Numbered from the stretch's first letter, positions 8,409-17,651 are shown. The stretch: DNA of 30,440 bases from Candidatus Uhrbacteria bacterium (GCA_013203725.1 JABMPK010000003.1:1-30440), one strand, 5' to 3'. Notes: a model not told the origin generated them from the sequence alone. A program made the numbers and translations.

Positions 8409-9557
8409 TTACGCTGAGGTCTTGTAGATGTCTAGCAAGGCGCGGGCGTTGTCACTCCATTTATAACGCTTTAGAATCTCGTGGCTTTCAGTGAGCACTC
8501 GTGTGCGTTCACTGTTGTTTTGCAAAAGGGTGCGCATAGCTTCTACCATGCTTTCAATATCAGACGGGTCAAAATACACCGCGGCCGGTCCCAGGATCTC
8601 TGGAATCGAACTTGCACGTGATGCAGCAACAGGAGTTCCGTGTTGCAATGCTTCGAGCGGAGGAATGCCGAACCCTTCAAGTTTTGAAGGGATGATGTAG
8701 AACTTCGCGGCTTGGTAAAGCTCACTTAGTTGCTCATCGGAGACAAAGCCTAGAAAGAAAATTCGATCTAGCGGAATCTCTATCTCGCGGGCTTCCTGCT
8801 TTAGGCGATCGGTGAACTCATTTTGAGGTCCAACGAGCACCAAGCTTACGTCCGGGAATTCGTGAACGAAAAAGCTAAACGCGTGAAGCAAAGTTTCTAA
8901 ATTTTTGTGTGGGTAGGAGTTTCCAACATTCAACATAAACGGTGTTTGAATGGGGAAATCCCGCGAGCCTACAAAGCTCGATTTTTTGTTTTGTTTTTGC
9001 GCAGAAATCGCAGCGCTATCAATGCCATTATACACTACTTTCACCCTATCTTGCGACACACCCAACCTGTGGATGATTTGGTTCTTAACATGCTCCGAAA
9101 TCGTGACAATTTTACTCGCATTTTTAGTCGCATGTGCCAAAGTTTTCTTGTAACCAAACCGCTTCAAAGCAAAGAAGATTCGATTACGAGTCGACGCACG
9201 CGCTGACCACGGTTGGTCGAGCATTATCAGGTCATGAATGGTAACGACGAATGGTGTTTTGAGTCGCAATGGTACGTTAAAGTGAGGGAAGTGTACGATG
9301 TCGAGTTTGAACTTGTCGATGATGCGCGGAAGCCTAGTTTGTTCGGCTACAGAGTACCAATGAATGTCTGCTACAACCTTTTCCCATCGCTTATTCGGCT
9401 GCGGACATTGCTTGAAGTTTTCTTTTTTTAGAAAGACAACGTATTCGTTATCATCGTCGAGTTTTTGTAAATTCAAAATCAACTGCTCGACATATCGACC
9501 AATCCCAGCCCCACCAACCTTAGGCCCGTACATGCGGGCATCTATTCCGATTCTCAT
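8409..9557 (-). CDS. Glycosyltransferase family 4
   Basis: MRIGIDAR start, VTIHDL, EGFGIPPLEA; start moved to ATG 9557, 6 nt after TGGTATAAT. Confidence 0.92.
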   Translation of the reverse strand: MRIGIDARMYGPKVGGAGIGRYVEQLILNLQKLDDDNEYVVFLKKENFKQCPQPNKRWEKVVADIHWYSVAEQTRLPRIIDKFKLDIVHFPHFNVPLRLKTPFVVTIHDLIMLDQPWSARASTRNRIFFALKRFGYKKTLAHATKNASKIVTISEHVKNQIIHRLGVSQDRVKVVYNGIDSAAISAQKQNKKSSFVGSRDFPIQTPFMLNVGNSYPHKNLETLLHAFSFFVHEFPDVSLVLVGPQNEFTDRLKQEAREIEIPLDRIFFLGFVSDEQLSELYQAAKFYIIPSKLEGFGIPPLEALQHGTPVAASRASSIPEILGPAAVYFDPSDIESMVEAMRTLLQNNSERTRVLTESHEILKRYKWSDNARALLDIYKTSA

Positions 9558-9602
9558 TGGGGCATTATACCAGAAATCCACCCGTGCTGTGGGTGGATCT
9601 TG

Positions 9603-10064
9603 TTACTTGGTTTTATTCGCTTGCCAAAGTTTCGTTAACTCTTCATCAATCTTCATTCCTTCGTTTCCACGCATGTATGGCAATATCCTTACAAATTTCT
9701 TTGACTCGTCTGGATATACGAAAGTTACCTTTGCCTGCGTTGTGATGTTGCGAATACTGCTGATAGGGATCCGTTGCCCCTCGATCTCAATAAAGTCTGA
9801 GGTTAAGACCAGTACCGGATGATCGCTTTGAGAGACCTCTTTCATCTGTCTCGCCATCTTGATGAATCCGTAGCTGGCATAGGCAGCAACAAAAGGCATT
9901 GCGATAAGAATGGAATCCTTGAAATTGTGGAAGTCGTATTTGAATCTTAGAAAAAGTACGACTATAGATATTACAGCCATTGCTATCAAGAAAATGATAA
10001 ACGCGGTGTATTTAACAATATACTTTTTCGCTTCCCTTGGCGTGAGGCTTATCGAGTAGTTCAT
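9603..10064 (-). CDS. Hypothetical membrane protein (two TM helices)
   Basis: 153-aa ORF with two hydrophobic segments; extended -10 upstream; hairpin ATCCACCC-N7-GGGTGGAT downstream. Confidence 0.75.
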   Translation of the reverse strand: MNYSISLTPREAKKYIVKYTAFIIFLIAMAVISIVVLFLRFKYDFHNFKDSILIAMPFVAAYASYGFIKMARQMKEVSQSDHPVLVLTSDFIEIEGQRIPISSIRNITTQAKVTFVYPDESKKFVRILPYMRGNEGMKIDEELTKLWQANKTK

Positions 10065-10081
10065 ATCGGTATTTTATCAAA

Positions 10082-11230
10082 TTACTTTTTGTTTTTTAAA
10101 GTGATTCCTATTTTTCCAAGTGCTGCCAGCGTCTTCTTCGCCGTATTGCTCCATCTAAAATCTTGCGCTCGACTCAGCCCTCGCGCTCTGAGTCTGAGCT
10201 TTAGGCTGTGATCTTGCAACACCGTCTCGATCGCATTCGTGAGCTCGTTCACGTTCATCGCTCTCACATAAACCGCAGCGTCACCGGCGATCTCACTCAA
10301 ACTAGAGTTCCTTGAAGTAACAACTGGTGTCCCGCATGCCATTGCTTCTACAATTTGCATACCGAATCCTTCGTAGCGGGAGGGGAGGGCCATGCATTGC
10401 GCACCGCGGATTAGCCCGGGGCGTTCGCTGTCTTTGATGTAGCCGATTATTTTGATGTCGTTGATGTATGGAGAGGCGGCGATGGCTGAATCTAGATCTT
10501 GCCGTAGCCAGCCTGGACCTCCAGCGAGTACCAGCTGAATATCGTGACCGCGCTCTCGTAATTTGGTAAATGCTTCTACGAGGCTCGCGAGGTTCTTGCG
10601 TGGCTCGAGAGTTGCAAGAGACAGGATGTATGGTTTCGTGATTGCGTGCGACGTTCGGACTTGGTCGTCTGCAATCTCGTACTCTGGTTTAAACGAGCTG
10701 GAGATTCCGTGGTGGATCACGCTTATGTTTTTGCGCGATCTTCGGAAAGAGCTCACGACGTCGTTCGCAGTAGACTGACTGATTGCGATGATATGGTCGG
10801 CTGTAAAAATCGCACCACGTGACCGTGTGATTCTGTAACGCAGGTGATCGATCGGCGTGTACGTGTCGGGCATGAAGTGAAAAGCAAGATCGTGCACAGT
10901 TAGAACTGTGCGGGCTTCTGTGGCGGGGAGGAATCCGGTATTTGGAAACCATGCAACGTCCACGGATTGGTTCAAGATCTGCTCAAGCGTCACAAGCCCA
11001 AGTGTGATGCCGAGGTTGATCAGCTTGTTTGGCGTGTAAATGTGCACTAGCTTCATCTTTGGATCCTGCAAGATCGCATCTGGAAGAGTCGGCTTTTCTG
11101 TACCCGTCGACCATAACAAAAACTCGGGATGATCCTCCCGAGTCATCGCTAAAAGTACCTCCAGAACATAGTGACCAACGCCACTAGGCGATGGACTCGC
11201 TAGGCTCCTTATGTCGATTGCCACGTTCAT
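10082..11230 (-). CDS. Glycosyltransferase family 4
   Basis: MNVAIDIR start at 11230, TVHDLAF, EPRKNL, YEGFGMQIVEAMACG. Confidence 0.92.
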   Translation of the reverse strand: MNVAIDIRSLASPSPSGVGHYVLEVLLAMTREDHPEFLLWSTGTEKPTLPDAILQDPKMKLVHIYTPNKLINLGITLGLVTLEQILNQSVDVAWFPNTGFLPATEARTVLTVHDLAFHFMPDTYTPIDHLRYRITRSRGAIFTADHIIAISQSTANDVVSSFRRSRKNISVIHHGISSSFKPEYEIADDQVRTSHAITKPYILSLATLEPRKNLASLVEAFTKLRERGHDIQLVLAGGPGWLRQDLDSAIAASPYINDIKIIGYIKDSERPGLIRGAQCMALPSRYEGFGMQIVEAMACGTPVVTSRNSSLSEIAGDAAVYVRAMNVNELTNAIETVLQDHSLKLRLRARGLSRAQDFRWSNTAKKTLAALGKIGITLKNKK

Positions 11231-12305
11231 ATACTTTATCAATAACGAATCCCATTTGTTGCTTGAATCTGTTGTGTGAGAATGATTCTGCAAAAGTTCT
11301 AATCTCGTTTGGATCAAATTCTTCGTGTTTGAATCTGATAACAGCGTCGGCTAAACCTTCCCATGTTTGTTCGTTGAACAACGTACCAGTCTTTCCCTCA
11401 ATGACGGTCTCTGTTGCACCACCTTTGTTAAATGCAATGACAGGCCGGCCACACGCAAGCGCCTCGACTGCAGTAATACCAAAGTCTTCTTCTTGCGGAT
11501 TCAAATAAGCGATGCAGTTTTTATAAAGATCTGCTTTCTCGTCGTCGGATACTCGTCCCAGGAATTCGATGTTGCTCTTTGCGCGTTCTTTGAGCTCGGG
11601 CAAGAAAGGTCCGGAACCGAAGATCTTGACTGGTAGCCCAATACGATTGAATGCGTCCACGACAAGGTCGAACTTTTTGTAGTTTGTAATACGTCCTCCT
11701 GCCAAGAAATATGTCTTGGGCTCATCAGAAACAGAGAACTGTTCCGTATCAATCGGAGGGTATACGACTACTGAATCTTTTTGGTAAAAAGTTTTAATAC
11801 GTTCGCTAACCGTCTTTGAGTTTGCAACAAACACGTTCACTCTGTCGGCCGCCATGCGGTCCCACTGACGAAGGTACGAGAGATAGTGGGGGAGTATCTT
11901 CTTTACGACTCCGGGAACTTGCAGATTTGAAACGTAGTCGTGCATGTCAGTCCAAAGGTATCGTGTTGGGGTGTGTAAGTAGCAAATGTGCTGCGCGTTT
12001 GTACCTGGGATGATTCCTTTAGCCATGGCGCTTGAGCTCGAGATCACAAGATCGAACTCGCGAAGATCGTGATGCTCGGTCGCAGCTGGCATGAATGGAA
12101 GGAGCCACTCAAATTTCACGAACGAGAAAGGCGGGCGCTCCAAAAAGCTTGTACGAATATCCATTCCCTCATCCGCGATAAATTTCTCTTTGTTGTGCGC
12201 AAGGCAAAAGATAGGAGCCTCTGGGTACATGGAAGACAAAACACGGAGCACGCGCTCCGCTCCGCCATCTTGTGTTAAGTGATCATGTACTAAAGCGATC
12301 TTCAT
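11184..12305 (-). CDS. Glycosyltransferase family 4
   Basis: MKIALVHDHLTQDGGAERV, EEDFGITAVEALACG; overlaps the next gene by 47 nt. Confidence 0.93.
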   Translation of the reverse strand: MKIALVHDHLTQDGGAERVLRVLSSMYPEAPIFCLAHNKEKFIADEGMDIRTSFLERPPFSFVKFEWLLPFMPAATEHHDLREFDLVISSSSAMAKGIIPGTNAQHICYLHTPTRYLWTDMHDYVSNLQVPGVVKKILPHYLSYLRQWDRMAADRVNVFVANSKTVSERIKTFYQKDSVVVYPPIDTEQFSVSDEPKTYFLAGGRITNYKKFDLVVDAFNRIGLPVKIFGSGPFLPELKERAKSNIEFLGRVSDDEKADLYKNCIAYLNPQEEDFGITAVEALACGRPVIAFNKGGATETVIEGKTGTLFNEQTWEGLADAVIRFKHEEFDPNEIRTFAESFSHNRFKQQMGFVIDKVYERGNRHKEPSESIA

Positions 12306-12335
12306 ATATGAGTGGATCTTAGTACAAATACGAGC

Positions 12336-12470
12336 AATTCACAAGTTCCTGATGATTAATGGCCAAGCCTCCAATGACAAATGTCCGATGAAGTTCCAAT
12401 GTCCAAGTTAACGGATAACGTCGCGCCTTGGGCCTTGGTCATTCATTGTAACTTGGACATTTGTAATTGG
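12336..12470. repeat. Heptamer-periodic long imperfect hairpin repeat, family A copy 1
   Basis: CCAATGA/CAAATGT-type units on the left arm and their reverse complements on the right arm; similar to 22664-22775. Confidence 0.85.
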
Positions 12471-12483
12471 TCATTATAACTGT

Positions 12484-13911
12484 CTAACTAGCACCAATGC
12501 CTTTCAGGACCGCGATTGGTGTCTTTACGAGAATCGCTAGGTCAAGCCACGGGGTCCAGTTTTCAATGTAAAAAATATCAAGTGTCACTTCGTCGTTGAA
12601 GTCCAGATCAGCACGTCCGGAGACCTGAGCCATTCCTGTGATGCCTGGCTTTACAGTGAGCACCTTGAGTTGTTCTGGCTTGTATTTATCGACTTCTTCT
12701 GGAAGATGAGGGCGTGGACCAACAAGACTCATCTTGCCAAACAGTACGTTGTAGAACTGAGGGATTTCGTCGATACTCGCAGCACGCATAAAGCGACCGT
12801 ACGGAGTTATACGAGGGTCCTTCTCGAACTTAGATAGCGGCGATCGTTTACGAGTATCTTTGATCTTATTTTTTGTAATAAAGTCTTTGTCGTATCTAAG
12901 TTTGTGAGCGTCTTTTACCATTGAACGGAACTTATAAAATTTGAATGGCTCACCACCTTCGCCGATTCTTTGAAAAGGTTTTCCGTTTGGCAATTTGTTG
13001 AGCATAAACCCTCCTTCGCGTTGCAACAGAAGAATTATCACGGATGCGATTTGGATTGGAAGGCTCAGGACTATCAGGATCAACGAGAATATAATATCAA
13101 AGGCTCTCTTATAAATTCGTCCCCAACCAGTTAAGGACGTTCTTTGGACTTCGAACAGCGGAACTCCGGCAATAGCGTGTGCACGAAGCTTCGACGTTGT
13201 AGTTTCCAAGAGATCGGCGGTATAGAAAAAAGCTATGTGGTACTGGTCACAAAATGCTCTAAGTTTTAGTGCACTATTTCTACTTATGTCGGGATCAGCG
13301 AGAATGATTCTATCAACTCCAATTTGTTTTTTTGTGCGAATTATCCAGCTTCGTGTTTCGGAATCAAACTGAGCCTTTCGACCAAGTACTTTTATTCCAA
13401 TACTCGGCTTAAGCTGAAACTCGTCCATAAGAGGCTTCGCGGCACCCTCGGTGCCAATGATGATTACAGTATGAAGACCATAGCCAAACGAGTGCAGAGT
13501 TCGCTCGAGACCACGCAGAATGATTCGCGCCGAGATAATCAAGATCATGGCTAACACCCATGCGGCAAGAACAATGAACCGTGACTCGAAAATTTCTTGG
13601 CTGAAGAAAATTACCGTAAAGACCACCATCATACCTGTCGACACGGCGTAGAACACCTGTGTAACTTCTTCTAGAATGGATCGTCGCCCGATTGAGTAGA
13701 GTTTGTTGATCGCAAAAATAAAGATCCACACAATTGCCACTCCAAACATTACACGAGTAAGCTCGGCGAGGTCGATGTTAAAAAGTACTGGTCGATATTC
13801 TGTGACGGTGTCGGAAATTCGAATCCAGTACGCGGTCCACCCTGCAAGAATGATCATTGTTGCGTCGACTGGTACGCGAATTGCTGCGAATGTTAGATCT
13901 AACTTTTTCAT
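12484..13911 (-). CDS. Polyprenyl-phosphate sugar phosphotransferase (WcaJ/Bac_transf-like)
   Basis: N-terminal TM helices, YKRAFDI, FYKFRSM, SIDEIPQFYNVL, MSLVGPRP, PGITGMAQVSGR; start placed 6 nt after TGGTATAAT. Confidence 0.93.
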   Translation of the reverse strand: MKKLDLTFAAIRVPVDATMIILAGWTAYWIRISDTVTEYRPVLFNIDLAELTRVMFGVAIVWIFIFAINKLYSIGRRSILEEVTQVFYAVSTGMMVVFTVIFFSQEIFESRFIVLAAWVLAMILIISARIILRGLERTLHSFGYGLHTVIIIGTEGAAKPLMDEFQLKPSIGIKVLGRKAQFDSETRSWIIRTKKQIGVDRIILADPDISRNSALKLRAFCDQYHIAFFYTADLLETTTSKLRAHAIAGVPLFEVQRTSLTGWGRIYKRAFDIIFSLILIVLSLPIQIASVIILLLQREGGFMLNKLPNGKPFQRIGEGGEPFKFYKFRSMVKDAHKLRYDKDFITKNKIKDTRKRSPLSKFEKDPRITPYGRFMRAASIDEIPQFYNVLFGKMSLVGPRPHLPEEVDKYKPEQLKVLTVKPGITGMAQVSGRADLDFNDEVTLDIFYIENWTPWLDLAILVKTPIAVLKGIGAS

Positions 13912-13930
13912 GTTCATATTATACCAGCCT

Positions 13931-13958
13931 GTCATCCTGAGCGGTAGCCGAAGGACCT
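13931..13958. repeat. REP-like half element GTCATCCTGAGC...CGAAGGACCT
   Basis: Resembles the widespread GTCATCCTGAGCG-AGCGAAGGATCT-type repeat (from recall); single copy here. Confidence 0.45.
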
Positions 13959-13980
13959 CTTAGCCACAGTTCAAAACAAA

Positions 13981-14003
13981 AAAACGAGCTCTTCGCTCGT
14001 TTT
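13981..14003. terminator. Intrinsic terminator downstream of rnpB
   Basis: AAAACGAGC-TCTTC-GCTCGTTTT. Confidence 0.85.
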
Positions 14004-14012
14004 CATGATTTT

Positions 14013-14484
14013 GCATTCGCACCTGTAAGCCGAATTCTGTCTATCCGCACACCTTTGGGTGCGAGGGAGACCGCGATCTATCTAGGCGCATTGTTGCCAA
14101 TACGCTCATGCGTGCTACCAAATTTGCACTTGCACCAGAATGGGTTTACCACACGCTCATGTCACCATGGCGCGAACGATGTAGCCGTAAACGACATCAC
14201 CGTACTTTTCACGTTTCATCCCACTGCTCAAGAGCGGCGGGACTAGTATAGTCTCTGTGGCACTGGCCCTAGGCTTTGTCCATCGCTAAAGCGTGAATAA
14301 ATCCAACGCTTCAATGATTAACGTATACCCGGTTGTCGTTAACAACATTCTTTATCGTAGAGTCTTGCGAAACTACGGGTGTTCGGACTTTCCTCTCCGC
14401 TTGCGGACCCTTCGAAGCTCATAGAGCGAAGTAGGGCATTTAAGCAAAGCCGCGATCCGGTGTTCCCTTGCGGGAGATGAATGC
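14013..14484 (-). ncRNA. rnpB: RNase P RNA
   Basis: Minus strand carries GAGGAAAGTCC, AGTGCCACAGA, GATGAAAC, GGTAAACCC, AGATAGATCGCG and ACAGAATTCGGCTTA in order; 5' GCATTC..CACC pairs with 3' GGTG-C-GAATGC. Confidence 0.95.
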
Positions 14485-14490
14485 TTGGAG

Positions 14491-14519
14491 AATATAGCAT
14501 GGAAAGTGGGATGTGTCAA
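14491..14519 (-). promoter_or_regulatory. Sigma70 promoter of rnpB
   Basis: TTGACA-17 nt-TATATT with an extended TG; predicted start coincides with the P1 5' end. Confidence 0.85.
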
Positions 14520-14536
14520 TGCTTAGAGGGGTGAAT

Positions 14537-14568
14537 AAAAAAGCTCGATACCGAGGGGCGGTACCGAG
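14537..14568 (-). terminator. Intrinsic terminator of ORF 14585-15046
   Basis: CTCGGTACCG-CCCCT-CGGTATCGAG followed by CTTTTTT. Confidence 0.8.
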
Positions 14569-14584
14569 TTTCGTGAGTCTCTGT

Positions 14585-15046
14585 CTACGGAACGCTGAGG
14601 GAACCTGAGGTGCTGATCGAGTCCGAGATGCTGATGGACCCAAGGGTCACTCCATCGGGCCACCCGTGCACTCGTTGCCGAGCACGTCGCCTGTGCTCTC
14701 GTGGCGTCGACGCTTCTTGCGCGACCTCCGCGGGCTCTTCAGGGCTCTCGAACCAGGGCCATGGCTGCTCCAGCTTCTCCACCCAGGGTTGGCCGATCAT
14801 GTCTCCGCCACGTTCCAGGAACACGCGAACACCGTCGTTCATGTGAACGTTGGAGTCGAGGAGGATGCCGTTCAGATCGAGCGCCTGAGCGAGCGCCACC
14901 GCATGATCCACGAGGGTGAGGTACCGCTCGAGTGTCTCGATCACAGCCCACGGACGCAGGTCGCGCCGAATCATTGCACTGAACGTCTGGTAGTCAACGC
15001 TCCTGGTGAGCCACCAGATCTTGATCAAAATAACGAGTCGTCTCAT
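14585..15046 (-). CDS. GC-rich hypothetical protein (ORFan islet)
   Basis: AAGGAG SD before ATG 15046; TTGACC-18-TATCGT upstream; own terminator. Confidence 0.7.
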   Translation of the reverse strand: MRRLVILIKIWWLTRSVDYQTFSAMIRRDLRPWAVIETLERYLTLVDHAVALAQALDLNGILLDSNVHMNDGVRVFLERGGDMIGQPWVEKLEQPWPWFESPEEPAEVAQEASTPREHRRRARQRVHGWPDGVTLGSISISDSISTSGSLSVP

Positions 15047-15219
15047 TTTGAGTCTCCTTCTCGGTTGAGAGCTCAATAATCACGATATACTAAAAGAGCA
15101 ACATCGGTCAATATCCAGTGTGTCTCAGATGGCCAATCTTGGCGTAATAACGAGCTATATCCCTTGACAAAACGCCAAAAATGTGGTGTAATGAGGTCGC
15201 CTATTACATTGGAGGGCAT

Positions 15220-15615
15220 GTGGGATTTTTCAAGGAAATGGCTCTGGGATTTGTGATCCTGATGAGCGTGATTCAGAGCTGCGCCTGGGTCGACCAGGAG
15301 CAGCAGTTCCCGGACGAGCTCGCGAACGACCCCAGGGTCGAGCAGGTGATCGAGCTCAAGGAGCGCATCTGCTTCGATGAGCGAGAGAGCCTGTACGGTC
15401 CCGAGCACATGCAGGACTTGGCTGCCGATGGGCTCGACAAGGCCTTGGTGGAGCACGAAGTGCTCGTCGACGCGCTCGAGCGAGATTGGCACGTCAGCTA
15501 CGGCGCGGTGCCGTGGTGGCGGAAGAACGCCCGGTTCGCGCTCGCGCGAGTGCAGGGCATCACCGGCTTCTCGGAAGCCGGTGATCAGTGGTCGTGCGAT
15601 CCGCGCGCCTACTGA
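15220..15615 (+). CDS. GC-rich hypothetical secreted or lipoprotein-like protein
   Basis: Promoter TTGACA(15164)-17-TGTAAT; GGAGG before GTG 15220 (ATG 15238 is an alternative); hydrophobic N-terminus ending VIQSC; hairpin terminator ~15639-15665. Confidence 0.7.
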   Translation: MGFFKEMALGFVILMSVIQSCAWVDQEQQFPDELANDPRVEQVIELKERICFDERESLYGPEHMQDLAADGLDKALVEHEVLVDALERDWHVSYGAVPWWRKNARFALARVQGITGFSEAGDQWSCDPRAY

Positions 15616-15802
15616 CCAACAACCTTCAACTACTCAGCCCCCGGCCTAGCCGGGGTGTTGTTTTTGTAAAATGGTTTGTAATAAATGTGTTCATGCGTAT
15701 TCACCTGCAAACTCTGTGTAAAGTGTGGATAGCGGGCATTGACAGGTAGTGAAGAAATTGGTAGATTAGCGTTCCTTCTAAACTCAAACTGTGAGTAGCT
15801 AC

Positions 15803-16183
15803 GTGGCCAAGATCCTTGTTGTTGATGACGATGAAACAACGCGTCGGCTGATTCGCGCACTGGTTGCGCCCGGCGGGCATGTTGTAGTGGAAGCTGATTC
15901 TGGGAGGCGGGCCCTTGAGTGTTTCAGTTGCGAAGGGGACGGTATCGATCTGGTGTTGTCAGACGTTGACATGCCTGATGGGGACGGTCTCGCACTACAT
16001 GAAGCGTTGGCTGACAGACTTGGAAGTTGCCAGTTCGTATTGATGACAGGTAACAGGACAGACGACAGTCGCTTTGACTATGCTCATCGCAATGGAGTAC
16101 CGCTGCTCATGAAGGGTAGCCACAGCTTGCGAGGCTTTTTTATTGACCTGCGCCTAAACGGGGCCGGGCAAGTCTCGTACTGA
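15803..16183 (+). CDS. Stand-alone CheY-like response regulator receiver
   Basis: ILVVDDD, DLVLSDVDMP, LMTG, conserved Lys; promoter TTGACA(15739)-17-TAGATT. Confidence 0.88.
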   Translation: MAKILVVDDDETTRRLIRALVAPGGHVVVEADSGRRALECFSCEGDGIDLVLSDVDMPDGDGLALHEALADRLGSCQFVLMTGNRTDDSRFDYAHRNGVPLLMKGSHSLRGFFIDLRLNGAGQVSY

Positions 16184-16186
16184 ACG

Positions 16187-16220
16187 AAAACGACGACCCG
16201 TGCGGGGTCGTCGTGTTTTT
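16187..16220. terminator. Bidirectional intrinsic terminator
   Basis: ACGACGACCC-GTGCG-GGGTCGTCGT with flanking A and T runs. Confidence 0.85.
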
Positions 16221-16546
16221 TATACTTTAATTTTATCGACGAACATTCCAACTATTGGGATCCTTCGTTTTCTGCCAACCAGTACGTTAAAAATTCCGTA
16301 TATTGAAAGCGCTACCCACAACCATCCAAGCAGTCCGGCAACGAACCATCCGAGTAATGGAACAAGGCCCACTATCGCTGTCAGCATCTCCGCGATAAAC
16401 AATGCAAGTCCTTGTCGAGCATGGAATTTTGTTGTGGCGTCCTTTGGTGGCCAGATTAATGGCAGTATTGCCAGGAAGCTGACATAGGAGAAGAGCGACA
16501 TCAACAATGGATCAATCTCCAAAGGTGGATTAACTTTTTTTGCCAT
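16220..16546 (-). CDS. DUF4870-like membrane protein
   Basis: LFSYVSFLAILP, KFHARQGLALF, RIPIVG; three TM helices. Confidence 0.8.
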   Translation of the reverse strand: MAKKVNPPLEIDPLLMSLFSYVSFLAILPLIWPPKDATTKFHARQGLALFIAEMLTAIVGLVPLLGWFVAGLLGWLWVALSIYGIFNVLVGRKRRIPIVGMFVDKIKV

Positions 16547-16547
16547 A

Positions 16548-17534
16548 TTACACAATTAAGCCAACTGCATTTTTGACCTGGATCATCTTCTCTTCTGCAA
16601 TGACACGAGCCCTTTCTGCGCCGTTCTCCAAAATCTTCTTGAGCTCTTCCTCGTTGTCTAAGTAAGCCAGAATCTTCGCACGGATTGGTGACAAGAATTC
16701 AACAAGTGCTTCTGCAACATCTTTCTTGAAGTCGCCATAGCCTTTCCCTTCGTAGTCCAAAGCGAGGTCTCCAGGGTCGCGGTCTTTGATCAAGCTTAGG
16801 ATGTCCAACATGTTTTTAACGCCGGGTTGGCTATCTGCGTAGTTAACAACTCCAATATCATCTGTAACTGCGGACATAACTTTCTTTCGGATAACGTCAG
16901 GTTCATCTGTCAGCGCGATGTAATTTTTCTCACTCGCTGCACTCTTACTCATTTTCTTTGTTGGATCGTCTAGTCCCATGATACGCGCTCCAACTTCTGT
17001 AATTTGAACACCGGGAACTACGAACGTGTCGCCGTAAGATTTGTTGAAACGTGTAGCAATGTCGCGCGTAAGTTCAACGTGCTGCTTCTGATCTTCGCCA
17101 ACAGGAATCGTGAGCGGGCTGTAGAGCAAAATATCTCCCGCCATCATAAGAGGGTAGGTGAATAAACCTACGTTTACATTTTCTCCCTGCACGATTGCTT
17201 TGTCCTTGTATTGAGTCATGCGCTCAAGCTCCGACATTCGCATGAGTGTGGAAAAGATCCAGTTCATCTCTGCGTGTTGTGGAACCGCTGACTGTTGAAA
17301 GAGGATGTTCTTTTCTGAATCAAGACCGGCTGCAAGATATGTTGCAGCTAGACTTAGGATATTTTTGCGAAGTGTCGCTGGGTTCTTTGTTGTTGTGAGC
17401 GCGTGGAGGTCAGCGATCATGATGATTCCTTCTCGGTCATTCTGAAAATCAACAAACTGTTTGATTGCGCCGAAGTAGTTGCCGATATGCAATAGATTGC
17501 TCGGCTGAATTCCACTTAAAAATCCATTATTCAT
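16548..17534 (-). CDS. trpS: Tryptophan--tRNA ligase
   Basis: SGIQPS, HIGN, PVGEDQKQH, KMSKS. Confidence 0.98.
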   Translation of the reverse strand: MNNGFLSGIQPSNLLHIGNYFGAIKQFVDFQNDREGIIMIADLHALTTTKNPATLRKNILSLAATYLAAGLDSEKNILFQQSAVPQHAEMNWIFSTLMRMSELERMTQYKDKAIVQGENVNVGLFTYPLMMAGDILLYSPLTIPVGEDQKQHVELTRDIATRFNKSYGDTFVVPGVQITEVGARIMGLDDPTKKMSKSAASEKNYIALTDEPDVIRKKVMSAVTDDIGVVNYADSQPGVKNMLDILSLIKDRDPGDLALDYEGKGYGDFKKDVAEALVEFLSPIRAKILAYLDNEEELKKILENGAERARVIAEEKMIQVKNAVGLIV

Positions 17535-17611
17535 TTTTCTAATTTAATGCCACTTTATTAATCCAACACTATCAATTATTGACCAATAGTTCAATAGTAC
17601 AAGCCAATGCT

Positions 17612-17651
17612 CGACCGCACGATCGGGACGGCCGTCCCGATCGTGCGGTCG
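17612..17651. repeat. Perfect 40-bp palindrome centred on GGACGGCCGTCC
   Basis: CGACCGCACGATCGGGACGG|CCGTCCCGATCGTGCGGTCG. Confidence 0.95.

Noticed and set aside
11184-11230. 47-nt overlap of two glycosyltransferases as a frameshift or fusion signal
   Set aside because: Both ORFs are complete GT4 proteins with their own N-terminal motifs; no slippery site is evident.
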